A stretch of 64,000 bases of DNA from Candidatus Poribacteria bacterium (lineage in GTDB: Bacteria > Poribacteria > WGA-4E > WGA-3G). The notes under the pieces are model-generated. The model was given only the letters and a program-made list of their open reading frames with translations. It did no database searches and had not been told where the DNA came from. How positions within the stretch are numbered: position 1 is the first letter of the stretch; each line of letters begins with the position of its first letter. A program made the position numbers and the translations under genes. The DNA lies in assembly GCA_965197475.1 (NCBI GenBank), contig CBDANF010000003.1:2240001-2304000 (forward strand), written 5' to 3'. Positions 29,617 to 40,044 of the stretch are shown in pieces.

Positions 29617-30708
29617 ATGGGAAAAATAAAATTGGGTATCAGTGATATGTTTTGTCAATGTTATGGCAAAACAGTGAAGGATCCTCTGACAGGCCTGAAA
29701 GACGTTCAGGGCGCAAAAGAGAATCTGCGTCCCAACGATCAGGATGTTCATTTTGAGTCGTTGCCCATTTCCTACCTCACAGCAACAGTAATCAAGAAAG
29801 GTTTGGAAGCAGTCAAGAAAACTCGGTCTTTACCGTTAAAATTAATGTATACTATTCTAATTATACTTTTCTGCATAACCGGTTGTTCCGACATGCCTTA
29901 TACAGGTCCACTGCCAACTCTGACACATTCAATGCTAACACCTGACGATATAGATAAGTATATTGTCTCACCTGATGCTGAAACACTCTGCCTTCAGAAC
30001 AGATCCGATTCAGTTTGCCTAACGCTTATACCAGAAGGAAAAGATCTCACCTCGCCTATAATCCACATTTATCCATCAAGTATCAGTTACGTTTTCTACT
30101 ATGAAGGTAAACCTATCTTGCAAGCGGAAAGACGAACAGATAACACTGATATAATAGAAGATTTGTCAGAGAACGGTAATGACGATCCTACCGGTGGTAA
30201 CAATCCTGGAGACGATAATAATCCCGGTAATGACGATCCTACCGGTGGTAACAATCCTGGAGACGATAATAATCCCGGTGATGACGATCCTACCGATGGT
30301 AACAATCCTGGAGACGATAATAATCCCGGTGATGACGATCCTACCGGTGGCAACAATCCTGGCGGCAATAATAATCCCGGTGATATAATTTCACACTACG
30401 TTTTTAGCAATCCCCCGAATAACTTGAATGGAGACGAATGGATAGTGTGGATATACTACCCTGATGACTACAGCGGTCCGCGTGGACTCCCAGATTCCTC
30501 CGAGGGCTACGGGTTCACGATCGCCGTAGATGGAGGTGAAACAACACAGTTTGCACAAGTTAGCGGAGGTGAACAAGGCCCCGGGGTTCGGCTTATCATT
30601 CAAACGGACCGACCGGAAATATTAGTTACTGTAACGTGGAATCCGCCCTATACTGATCGTTCTGCAACATTTACCCTTAAAAGTAATGTTAACATAGCAG
30701 ATTATTAG
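29617..30708 (+). CDS. Putative lipoprotein, paralogue 2, with G/N/D/P repeat linker
   Basis: CITGCSDMPYTG; four 17-aa repeats. Confidence 0.7.
   Translation: MGKIKLGISDMFCQCYGKTVKDPLTGLKDVQGAKENLRPNDQDVHFESLPISYLTATVIKKGLEAVKKTRSLPLKLMYTILIILFCITGCSDMPYTGPLPTLTHSMLTPDDIDKYIVSPDAETLCLQNRSDSVCLTLIPEGKDLTSPIIHIYPSSISYVFYYEGKPILQAERRTDNTDIIEDLSENGNDDPTGGNNPGDDNNPGNDDPTGGNNPGDDNNPGDDDPTDGNNPGDDNNPGDDDPTGGNNPGGNNNPGDIISHYVFSNPPNNLNGDEWIVWIYYPDDYSGPRGLPDSSEGYGFTIAVDGGETTQFAQVSGGEQGPGVRLIIQTDRPEILVTVTWNPPYTDRSATFTLKSNVNIADY
30178..30381 (+). repeat. Coding tandem repeat, 4 x 51 bp (NDDPTGGNNPGDDNNPG)
   Basis: Seen directly in the sequence. Confidence 0.9.
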
Positions 30709-30789
30709 GGTGTATCTCATAAATCTGGTTGTAATATCATTTCTATGTGATTATATTACGCGTTGTGCTAGTTAACATTTGATATGTTT

Positions 30790-30999
30790 AGGACTTACGC
30801 AGCGGGTTCATAAGTCCCTTGATAAAAGGGACTTATACCAAATTAACCCGATTTGTAGCGCGAGGTCTCCGTGCCTCACAATACTGACTTTATCAGAAAA
30901 ATACTAATCCCGTTAATTTGGTATTAGGGGGTTAAAATACCGAAATAACGACTTTTTAAGTCCAATATTTCCTTTTTCTGCTCAATTTGCGTAAGTCCT
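30790..30999. mobile_element. MITE with AGGACTTACGCA ends carrying a nested TACCA...TGGTA MITE (30836-30923)
   Basis: 12-bp perfect outer IR; inner IR TACCAAATTAAC/GTTAATTTGGTA flanked by TTA/TTA. Confidence 0.8.
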
Positions 31000-31131
31000 G
31001 GTGTTTATATTTCACAGGTTCGTCTCGTTTAGTTTTGAATTTCGCAACTTTTTCAATTCACGACAACATCAAAGGAATAGGATCATATTGATACATCGCG
31101 CATTCCCATTTCCTGCCTCACAACGGCAATA

Positions 31132-32342
31132 ATGAAAAAAGGTTTTGAAATGGTCAAGAAAACTGCACCTTTATCGCTAAGACTAATAGGTAGTATCCTA
31201 ATAATGCTTTTTTGCATTACTGGTTGTTCCGATACGCCTTATACAGGTTCAATGCTACAACCCGGCGATGTAGATAAATATATTTTCTTACATGGTGACG
31301 GAAGAATTTGTCTTTCCAACGGAGTCGATTCAGCCTGCGTAACACTTGTGCCAAAACGAAAGGATAGTGCTGCACCCATTATCCACATTTATCCAAAGCG
31401 CATCGTTTACGTGTTCTATTATAAAGGGACAGTTGTCATGCGTGCGGAAAAAGAGATGGACACTTCTGAGATAAGAGATCAGTTATCAGGAGGCGGTGGT
31501 GGCAATAACGGTAATAATGGAGGTGGCAACAACGGTGGAAATAACGGCGGCAACAATGGAGGGAACAACGGCGACGATGGAAACGGCGGAAACGGCGGCA
31601 GCGATGGAAACGGAGACAGAAACGGCGGAAACGGCGGCAGCGATGGAAACGGAGACAGAAACGGCGAAACGGCGATGGAAACGGCGGCAGCGATGGAAAC
31701 GGCGATGGAAACGGCGGAAACGGCGGCAGCGATGGAAACGGAGACAGAAACGGCGGAAACGGCGGCAGCGATGGAAACGGAGACAGAAACGGCGGAAACG
31801 GCGGCAGCGATGGAAACGGAGACAGAAACGGCGGAAACGGCGGCAGCGATGGAAACGGAGACAGAAATGGGAACGGAGATGGGAATGGCAACAATCCGGG
31901 CACCATCAATGTTGGCAACACCGAGATATCATCACACTACTACTATCATACTCTCGACCCCATAACGGGAGATGGGTGGTTAGTGCAGATATACTACCCT
32001 GCAGACTATGGCGACGGACCGCGTAAGTTAAGAAAAAACCCTGAAGGGTACGGGTTTAATATCACCTTAAGTGATGGTGATATAACACAATTTGCGCAAA
32101 CTGCTGTTCCCTGTTTTGATTACGACGACGACGGACAGTCCGACAGACCCTGTAACGACGATGGAAACACATACAGCGTTCAAATCTACGTTAAAACAGG
32201 TGAACCGACAATAAGGATTACTATAACGTGGAATCCGCCCCACAACGGTCACAATGCAACATACACTCTTGATAGAAACATTAACATGGCAAAGTATTAT
32301 GAGATAGGTTACAGCGAAGACCATACCAGCCAAGAAAGATAA
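31132..32342 (+). CDS. Putative lipoprotein, paralogue 3, with G/N/D-rich repeat linker; frameshift at ~31666
   Basis: CITGCSDTPYTG. Restoring one G at 31666 keeps the NGGNGGSDGNGDR frame and joins ORF 31983-32342 (WLVQIYYP...TWNPP). Confidence 0.75.
31582..31865 (+). repeat. Coding tandem repeat, six 39-bp units (NGGNGGSDGNGDR) with an irregular middle
   Basis: Units start at 31582, 31621, 31710, 31749, 31788 and 31827. Confidence 0.9.
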
Positions 32343-32400
32343 TCTACTAGCGTAAAACACGGAGAAATCTCGGTGTTATGCATTCTGAAGTGCGGCATAT

Positions 32401-33684
32401 ATGGACACAGCAAGAATCCAGGTCAAGGCAGGCAATGGAGGCAACGGGTGCATCAGTTTTCGCCGAGAAAAATATGTGCCTCGTGGTGGTCCCGATGGTG
32501 GTGATGGGGGTAATGGTGGAAACATCATCTTTGTTGCTACCTTGGGGATGAGCACACTGATTGATCTGCATCATAACCCTCGGCAAGTTGCTGAAAACGG
32601 GGGACACGGTACCGGCAAGCAGCGATATGGTGCCGATGGCATAGATCGCATCATTAAAGTTCCTGTCGGCACTATCGTCCGAGATTTTGACACAAGTGAG
32701 ATGCTTGCAGACCTTACAGAGCCTGACCAAACTGTTGTGGCAGCACGCGGCGGTATCGGCGGCAAAGGCAATTCTCGTTTTAAGAGCAGCACCTTTCAGG
32801 CACCGCGTGTTGCAGAAAAAGGTGAACCGGGACAAGAACGCGAGATTAGCCTTGAGGTCAAACTCATTGCCGATGTAGGTTTGGTGGGCTATCCCAACGC
32901 TGGAAAATCAACACTACTTACGCGAACCTCTGCCGCTACACCTAAAATCGCATCTTATCCCTTTACAACCCTTATACCAAATTTGGGTGTTGTCCGTATT
33001 GATCAAGAGCAGAATTTTGTACTTGCGGACATCCCTGGGCTGATAGAGGGAGCACATAAAGGCGCAGGTTTGGGTCACCAATTTTTGCGACACATTGAGC
33101 GCACCAAGATGTTGATTCATGTCATTGACCTCAGTGCTACAGATGGTCGTAACCCCATACAAGACTATGAGCAGTTAAACCTTGAACTTGGTCACTACAA
33201 TCATAAGTTGATCGATCTACCCCAATTGATTGCACTCAATAAGATTGATATGCCAGAGGCAGAAGCGAATTTAGCACGTGTACAGGCATATTTCGGTAAG
33301 CGAAAAGTATTCCCTATCTCTGCAATTACGGGTGAGGGCGTGAACGCTTTGATGCAACAAGCATACCGTTCCTTACAGTACCTTGAAGCAAAGGTGCGTA
33401 AAGAAGCAGAAACGACGATTACCTTTGAAGATGAATTGCCACCGGAACCGCGTACACGGTTTGAACTCGAAAAAACTGAGTCAGGGTATGTTGTCAGCGG
33501 AGATGAACCGAGACGCGCTGTTGTGATGACCGACATGGAAAATGAGCAAGCGTTGATGCTACTGTTTCGGAAGTTAAAAAAGATGGGTGTGATAAACGCT
33601 CTCATCCGTGCAGGCATCAAAGAAGGTGATACAATTCTGATTGACAAATTTGAGTTTACCTATAGTCCAAGAATAATTAAGTGA
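32401..33684 (+). CDS. obgE: GTPase ObgE/CgtA
   Basis: FRREKYVPRGGPDGGDGG, GYPNAGKST, YPFTT, DIPG, NKID, C-terminal OCT domain. Confidence 0.97.
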   Translation: MDTARIQVKAGNGGNGCISFRREKYVPRGGPDGGDGGNGGNIIFVATLGMSTLIDLHHNPRQVAENGGHGTGKQRYGADGIDRIIKVPVGTIVRDFDTSEMLADLTEPDQTVVAARGGIGGKGNSRFKSSTFQAPRVAEKGEPGQEREISLEVKLIADVGLVGYPNAGKSTLLTRTSAATPKIASYPFTTLIPNLGVVRIDQEQNFVLADIPGLIEGAHKGAGLGHQFLRHIERTKMLIHVIDLSATDGRNPIQDYEQLNLELGHYNHKLIDLPQLIALNKIDMPEAEANLARVQAYFGKRKVFPISAITGEGVNALMQQAYRSLQYLEAKVRKEAETTITFEDELPPEPRTRFELEKTESGYVVSGDEPRRAVVMTDMENEQALMLLFRKLKKMGVINALIRAGIKEGDTILIDKFEFTYSPRIIK

Positions 33685-33695
33685 AGTAACGCAGA

Positions 33696-34892
33696 ATGGG
33701 AAATTCCGACGAAATTTTTACTAAAGCGCAATCGCGTCAACATGTCAACGAGATTGATCAACATAAGCGGATTCAAAATCGTGAATGTTTATCAAATGTC
33801 CAACGCATTGTTGTGAAAGTTGGCAGTAGCACGATTTCAGACGACTTACGGCTCAATGAAGCTGCGCTTGATGGATTAGTCCACGATTTAGCAACTGTCA
33901 AACAGAAGGGTGTTGAGGTTATTCTTGTTACGTCGGGGGCAATTGCTGCAGGTTGGCCTCACCTCGGCCTTGCCACACGACCACAGACGATACCAAGATT
34001 ACAAGCCTCTGCAGCTGTCGGACAAATTCGGTTAATGGCTGCTTACGAAGAACGTTTCCACCACTATGAACAGTGTCCTGCGCTCATGTTGCTCACCCAA
34101 GACGATTTCTCCGACCGGAAACGTTACACCCGCATGAATGACACTTTGCATACGCTGCTCCAACTCGGTGCAATTCCTATCATCAATGAAAACGACAGTG
34201 TCGCGGTAGACGAAATTAAGGTTGGGGATAACGATACGCTTTCTGCTTATGTAACAAACCTCGCGCAGGCGGATCTCCTTGTCATCCTTTCCGATCAGCA
34301 AGGCTTTTTCACAGAAGATCCGAGGCAAAATCCAGACTCGGAATTGATTCACACCGTCAAAGTTATTTCGGAGGATATCTGGCAAGCTGCAGGGCATGCT
34401 GGCACAGCAAGTGGCACAGGCGGAATGATAACAAAGTTACAAGCCGCAGAGATTGTCACCGCTTCCGGCGAAATGATGGTTATCGCTTACGGACGAGAAC
34501 CGCTTGTTATCACTCGTATCCTAAAAGGTGAGCTGCTTGGCACCCTTTTCCTTCCGAATACCCGTATCTCCGGACGCAAACGATGGATCGCCTACTCGCG
34601 CCCACCCAAAGGTTACCTTGTTGTAGATAACGGCGCACGGGACGCACTTGTGCAAGGTGGAAAAAGTTTACTTCCCGCTGGTATTCGGCGCGTCGAAGGA
34701 CATTTTAATTACAGTGATACGGTCTCGTGTTTCACCGAAAATGGAGTGGAATTCGCTCGAGGCTTGATAAACTATAACTCCACAGAGGTTTCAAAACTCG
34801 CTGGCAAGCAAACGCAAGACATAGAAAAAATCCTCGGGTACCACGATTACGATGAAATCATACATCGAGATAACCTCGTATTGCTCGGTTGA
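33696..34892 (+). CDS. proB: Glutamate 5-kinase
   Basis: VVKVGSS, TSGAI, AAVGQ, INEND, GDNDTL, GTGGM.TK, PUA domain. Confidence 0.97.
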   Translation: MGNSDEIFTKAQSRQHVNEIDQHKRIQNRECLSNVQRIVVKVGSSTISDDLRLNEAALDGLVHDLATVKQKGVEVILVTSGAIAAGWPHLGLATRPQTIPRLQASAAVGQIRLMAAYEERFHHYEQCPALMLLTQDDFSDRKRYTRMNDTLHTLLQLGAIPIINENDSVAVDEIKVGDNDTLSAYVTNLAQADLLVILSDQQGFFTEDPRQNPDSELIHTVKVISEDIWQAAGHAGTASGTGGMITKLQAAEIVTASGEMMVIAYGREPLVITRILKGELLGTLFLPNTRISGRKRWIAYSRPPKGYLVVDNGARDALVQGGKSLLPAGIRRVEGHFNYSDTVSCFTENGVEFARGLINYNSTEVSKLAGKQTQDIEKILGYHDYDEIIHRDNLVLLG

Positions 34893-35106
34893 GGAATGAT
34901 AGTAATTATTAGGATATCAACACCTATGGCCGTGTTATTTATTACCCTTTTAATTCCCAATAAATCTAAGAAATAATTAGGGAATCTTTATTCACTGTTT
35001 CTCCAAAACCAACTTTTTTGCTGCATCGGTTATTAGGGTTAACGTATCTCCCTGCGGAGTAGCGGTGGACTGCTAAACATTTTCAGAAAATCATTCCTGA
35101 AATCCG

Positions 35107-35620
35107 CTATAAACTGCTGTTGTGTTCTACATCTGTTATACCAGATGTCATCTCCAAAAAATCTTGAGGTTCAGGGGTTAAGCTCACATCTGTCTCCTCA
35201 TCTGGGATTAAGGATAGGGTCGAATCCTCAACACGATAAGTTCCCGACCAGACCCCAATTACCCCAAACTTACCATCAGGCAGCACTAACCCCGGACCAG
35301 GATACAGATCTCCTCTAAATTCGATCCCATACCAGTTATTTGACCCAATAGAAATTACCGCCAGAAGCTGGCCAGTCAAGAACATACAGATTTTCCGCTT
35401 TTGTTCCATATTTCTTAACTTCATCACGGATATTTGCCCAACGTGCTTGCATTTCATCAGGTTCAAGGTTATTATAGGTTTCTGCATTCTTGTATTCTGG
35501 AACAACCTCCTGCCAGCATGTCATCGCAAGATGCTGTAGACTTTCAATTTTCTTTTGTTGAGGCGTGTGTGTATCTCTAATCACTTCGTCTATTTGGTGG
35601 ATGATTTGTTTCACTGACAT
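35107..35620 (-). pseudogene. Overlapping fragments of hypothetical genes
   Basis: 35336-35620 has an AAGGAG RBS and ends abruptly; a different frame carries an apparently unrelated protein-like tail to 35107. Confidence 0.35.
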
Positions 35621-36153
35621 TCAGTTTCTCCTTGATATTAACATCTTGCTGTGATGAATGTTCGTTGGTGAATGACTCTCCACCGTACTGAGAAACCTGC
35701 TTTGCTTAGGGCATCACTTATTGGAAACTCGCTAAAGCGTTCCTGTCGTAATAACAATTCGTTTTACCTGCAGACTTTGTGTCTGCTTCACAAAAGCAAT
35801 AGGTTCAACAAATGCTCCCGTTGGTACGGCAACAAAAGGAACATTTGACGCTCGTAGGAATCGGACGTGCGATCCGAAAATAGTCTTCAACTCCACTTCA
35901 ATTAACATTTGCAACGGTTGTATCGATCCAGGATTCAGATCAACGGGTCTAAAATCCGGACGCTGGCTTCGGGATGTGACAAAATTATCCAGAGGTCCTC
36001 CAATGTTTACAACGTGGACTCGTAGTTGTTGACTTTCTATGTTACCTCTACAGCCATAGTCCGATTATTCCGTCCTTAACCCCAGATCTGAAGCATCGCC
36101 TAGGGAGGCACCTACTACAATCCGAACAGAAAAAAACGCATTTAGTTCCGACA

Positions 36154-37293
36154 TCACTCAGTTTGATAGACCTGTTCACGTGAGTGAAACCCATCTTTAA
36201 TAACAACCTCATCAAGATTGTTTTTGTCTACTTGGATAGGCGTGAGTAGAATAGATGGCACATCAATTTTGCCGTTATTAACAGTTTGATCCGCTTTTTG
36301 AATAGACTCTCCGTTTGCGAGTGCAACCGCAGCACGCGCAGCTTCCTTCGCAATTAGGTTAATCGATTTGTATACCGTCATTGTTTGTGTGCCTTTCACA
36401 ATCCGTTGGCAGGCAGCAAGGTCAGCATCCTGTCCAGAGACTAAAACGCTCCCAGCGAGATTCTGTCCCTCAAGCGCTTGGATAACACCGCCTGCTGTCC
36501 CGTCATTGGAGGCAACAACAGCATCTATCTGATTGTTCGTCTGCGTCAAGACCTGCTCTGTCTTGTTGAGCGCGTCGAGTGGATCCCAATTAACTGCCCA
36601 ATGTTTCTGGTCTGCTACAAATTGAATATCGCCTTTATCAATTCCTAATTGCAATGCACGAAGTTGTCCCTTCCGTAGGAGCTTTGCATTATTGTCGCCT
36701 GGGTCACCACCAAGTAGGAAGTAGTTCCCTTTCGGTTTGTGTCGAATTAGATATTCCGCTTGCAGATATCCAACCCGCTCGTTATCAAAAGAGATATAAA
36801 GGTCAGGTTCACTTTCGCGAATCAATCGGTCATAAGCGATGACCTTGATCCCCTCTGCATGCGCGGCTTTTACAATTTGGGCGGAGGCGACACTATCTTG
36901 AGGAATCACGACGAGGACATCAACACCTTGCGTAATCATGTTCTCCGCTTGTTCGTTCTGTTTTCGTTCATCCTCATCGGCAGATTGAACAATAACTTCC
37001 GCACCCAGTTTTTCAGCTTCTGCTACGAAAATATCTCTGTCCTTCGGCCAACGTTCTACGCGTAATGAACTTATGGACAATCCTATTTTAATTTTTTTAT
37101 CCGATGGGTTCGCTTGCTCGCACGGTGTTGTTGAATCAGATTTCTTCGGCGTAGAAGGGTCTGCACAACCTAACAACATCATAGAACAACACATCACAGT
37201 TATGAGTATAGGAAACAAGGAGCTAATTAATACATTTCTGTTTTTATACACAGATTGAATGATTTTGAAATTCATTGATAATTCCTCCAACAT
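36154..37293 (-). CDS. xylF: D-xylose-type ABC transporter substrate-binding lipoprotein (start uncertain)
   Basis: LLGC lipobox; ERWPKDRD.F, IAYDRLI, YISFDN..VG..QA, ASNDGTAGG, SGQDADL, QTMTVYK. Confidence 0.85.
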   Translation of the reverse strand: MLEELSMNFKIIQSVYKNRNVLISSLFPILITVMCCSMMLLGCADPSTPKKSDSTTPCEQANPSDKKIKIGLSISSLRVERWPKDRDIFVAEAEKLGAEVIVQSADEDERKQNEQAENMITQGVDVLVVIPQDSVASAQIVKAAHAEGIKVIAYDRLIRESEPDLYISFDNERVGYLQAEYLIRHKPKGNYFLLGGDPGDNNAKLLRKGQLRALQLGIDKGDIQFVADQKHWAVNWDPLDALNKTEQVLTQTNNQIDAVVASNDGTAGGVIQALEGQNLAGSVLVSGQDADLAACQRIVKGTQTMTVYKSINLIAKEAARAAVALANGESIQKADQTVNNGKIDVPSILLTPIQVDKNNLDEVVIKDGFHSREQVYQTE

Positions 37294-38588
37294 TATTCTT
37301 GCTTAGCATCTTCACTTGCGGGTATTGATTTTAGTAAATCCCCTCTTTTCAGGTCATCTTTCTTTTCAACAATCTTAACAACAGAAAGCCTGTCGTTGCG
37401 GATTTCCACAACAGCAACAGTCGCAATTTTCTTTGGCACGTAATCAAGAATGTCACCGGTGTCAACATCGAGAATTGGCTTACCATGTGTATAAACTGCA
37501 AACTTTTGGTCTATAGCTAAACCTCTGGCGGAACCAGCGTTGATATAAATCATATCTGGATTTTCGCTATCAACGTACGTTATTTTAATAGGTCGCTTCA
37601 ACGCTTCTTCGTCTGCTTTCTTCTCCTGCGCTTCACTCGCGACCTGTGTTTCCCAAGGTGTAATAAAGTTAGGACCAAAGTTATCTCGGAGTGCCACAAT
37701 AACCTTAATCAAAGCTTCGTTTGTTACCATACCAAGGAGGGTTCTATCATACTCAGGCGTGGCGAATTTAATTTTATTGAGTTCTGTCGATTTAACAATC
37801 GGACGTATATTTTTACCGTATATCTCTTTCGTCTGCCCAAAACGCAGGTTCGCCCCATCTTCTGTGATAGATGCTTCTAAACCAGCAACCCGTGTTCCAG
37901 CGAGACGGTGGTTACGAGCAGCTGAAATCGGAACAGTTGTAATTTCATTTCCTGACGCGTCATAAAATTTCATATTCAATTTTACTCTAACGCGATATTG
38001 ATAACCCACGGCCGAAAAACCTGTCATATAACTCGCAGTGATCGATGTGGATTGTGATTCTCTGCCGCTATCTGTTAAGGAACGGGAGGCGTCAGCTTTC
38101 ATCCCTGACTGATTGAACTCGCGGATATCCCCTAATACAATAACATCGGCATTGAGGTGTTTGGCAAGTGCTGCCCGTTGGGCTTTGTTAAGTTTTTTCA
38201 AACTATGTCGAGAAAGCGTCATCTTTGCCATTGCATCCAGCAACTCATCGCGTGAAACCGGTTGGTAGACAGTAGTTTCAGCGAGTCTACGTTTGAGCAG
38301 TGTAGCAAAACCTGCTTCCAAATCCCATTTTTTCTTGGTGCCAAATATTTTTCCAATGAAGTTTGGCACGCAACCGCATCCTGTTGACGAATCAAAACGG
38401 CTATGGTCCTCAAAATATAAAACTGCTACGCGTTTTGTGGATGGGTGAGGTTTATTATCTTCCGGTTTTTTATCTTCCGTAGTCGAATTACTTTTATCTT
38501 CCGTAACCGTATTACCCTGAGAAACAGCAACACCCACGAAACTTATGCTAATCCCGATCAAAAATAAAAATAAAATGAAACGTTTCAC
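37293..38588 (-). CDS. Secreted protein with CsgG/TolB-N-like domain and FlgT-C-like beta domain
   Basis: Signal peptide; KRVAVLYFED...ADVIVLGDIREF; IYINAGS..GL...F.VY...I.D.DTG..L. Confidence 0.6.
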   Translation of the reverse strand: MKRFILFLFLIGISISFVGVAVSQGNTVTEDKSNSTTEDKKPEDNKPHPSTKRVAVLYFEDHSRFDSSTGCGCVPNFIGKIFGTKKKWDLEAGFATLLKRRLAETTVYQPVSRDELLDAMAKMTLSRHSLKKLNKAQRAALAKHLNADVIVLGDIREFNQSGMKADASRSLTDSGRESQSTSITASYMTGFSAVGYQYRVRVKLNMKFYDASGNEITTVPISAARNHRLAGTRVAGLEASITEDGANLRFGQTKEIYGKNIRPIVKSTELNKIKFATPEYDRTLLGMVTNEALIKVIVALRDNFGPNFITPWETQVASEAQEKKADEEALKRPIKITYVDSENPDMIYINAGSARGLAIDQKFAVYTHGKPILDVDTGDILDYVPKKIATVAVVEIRNDRLSVVKIVEKKDDLKRGDLLKSIPASEDAKQE

Positions 38589-38709
38589 TGTTTTTATCTC
38601 CTTATTTCCAAAATCACACTGTTTTTATTAGTTTATCAACTTTTGGAACATTTATCAAGAGAATTATAGCAAACTTACGTAAAATATTTGACATGAGATT
38701 ATCTAAAAC

Positions 38710-39953
38710 TGAAGTGCTACCGTTTATTCAGACCAAAATTTAGCAAAGTTAAGACAAGTTTTTTTGCTCAAATTCCACAGGTGTCAAATACCCTAACGCA
38801 GAGTGAGGGCGTTTGTGATTATACACTTGTGTAATAAAATGCCCAATGCGGGTTCTTGCTTCGTGGATGTCCTCATAGTCATTGAGATGAACTTCTTCTT
38901 CCTTGAGCGTGCGGATAAGTCTTTCAGCATATCCGTTCTCCCAAGGACACCCTCTCCGGGCGACTGAAATCTCAATCCCATGATGCCTAAGCAGTGAGAT
39001 GGACGCATTTGAAAGATATTGAACGCCTTGATCAGAATGATGGATCTCTGGGACACTTTGACATAATGCTGTCTCCAAGGGTTTCAACGTCAGAGATTGC
39101 GTCAAGTGTTGACTGATATGCCACCCTCTGATCATGCGAGTGAAGACATCCATGAGCAGACAAACATAGATAAAGTGTCCTTTGAGGCGGACGTAGGTAA
39201 TATCGCCCACCCAGGCCTGATTACATCGGGAGACATCAAGGTTTTCAAGGCGATTGCTCCAGGGACGCACACCCGCAACGGATGTCGTGGTTTGACAGAC
39301 ACGCTTGACAGAAACCGAGAGGTTGGCGGACTTCATCAATCGGGCAACACGTTTATACCCGATGGTGATCCGTTACGCACCAACAACTGTGTGGGACGCC
39401 TATATCCGTATGTTGGATATAGCAAAGATAACGTCTCTATTTCATCCTGGAGGCCCGCTTCACACGGGGCCTGCTTGGAGTGATAATAGAGGTTGCTTCG
39501 GTTGAAACCGAGTGTCTCACATATCTGCCGAACCGAAAAGTCTGTCCGTAATGCCGTAACCATTTCTCGCTGCTCCATCGAGGCTAACTCAAGTAAGTTG
39601 AGGCTTTTTTTTGGATGTCAAGTGCCAAGGTCAACCGCCCAACGAGTTGCTCAAGTTGGGCGATCCGCTCCGCAGAGGCATCAGACTGTTTATCAGCGGG
39701 TTCAAAGAGGGTCGCCGCTTTTTCAAGAAGCTGTCGCTTCCACTTTGAAAGTTGTTCATCGCTGAGGTTATGTCGCCGACACACTTCTGCTTGGGAACTT
39801 TCAACGCTGAGAGCCTCAAGAACAACTTCGGCTTTAAACTCGGGGGTGAAGTTTCTTCGTTTTCGTTTCGCCATCGGATACTCCTTTCAAGGAGATGGAT
39901 ATTATACCATAATCTTGTCTTAGAGAGCGGCCCGAATTTCCGGTGGCAGTACA
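38710..39953 (-). mobile_element. IS3-family insertion sequence (orfA 39584-39874; orfB 38749-39578 with an extra frameshift near 39365)
   Basis: RRNFTPEFKAEVV HTH; A8G slippery site at 39604-39612; WVGDITY, HHSDQG.QY, NGYAER..RTLKEE, YN..RPHSALGY. TG...CA imperfect 25-bp IRs. Confidence 0.92.
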
Positions 39954-40044
39954 GGTGCAAAACAAGAAAAAATATGAAAATATCTAAAAATTGGCAAAAC
40001 CGCATCAAATTGTGGAAATTTGTAAAGGAAAATAAAAGGGTCTC

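Noticed and set aside
30178-31865. Tandem repeats as a possible CRISPR array
   Set aside because: No unique spacers, unit lengths are multiples of 3 within genes, and no cas genes are present.
31436-32026. ORFs reading METAAAMETETE, KRRWKRRQR and PFPSLPP
   Set aside because: These are alternative frames of the Gly/Asn/Asp repeat; the paralogues support the NGGNGGSDG frame.
35640-36150. Short ORF 35732-35914 and surrounding DNA
   Set aside because: No RBS or recognisable motif; possibly decayed coding DNA that cannot be assigned.
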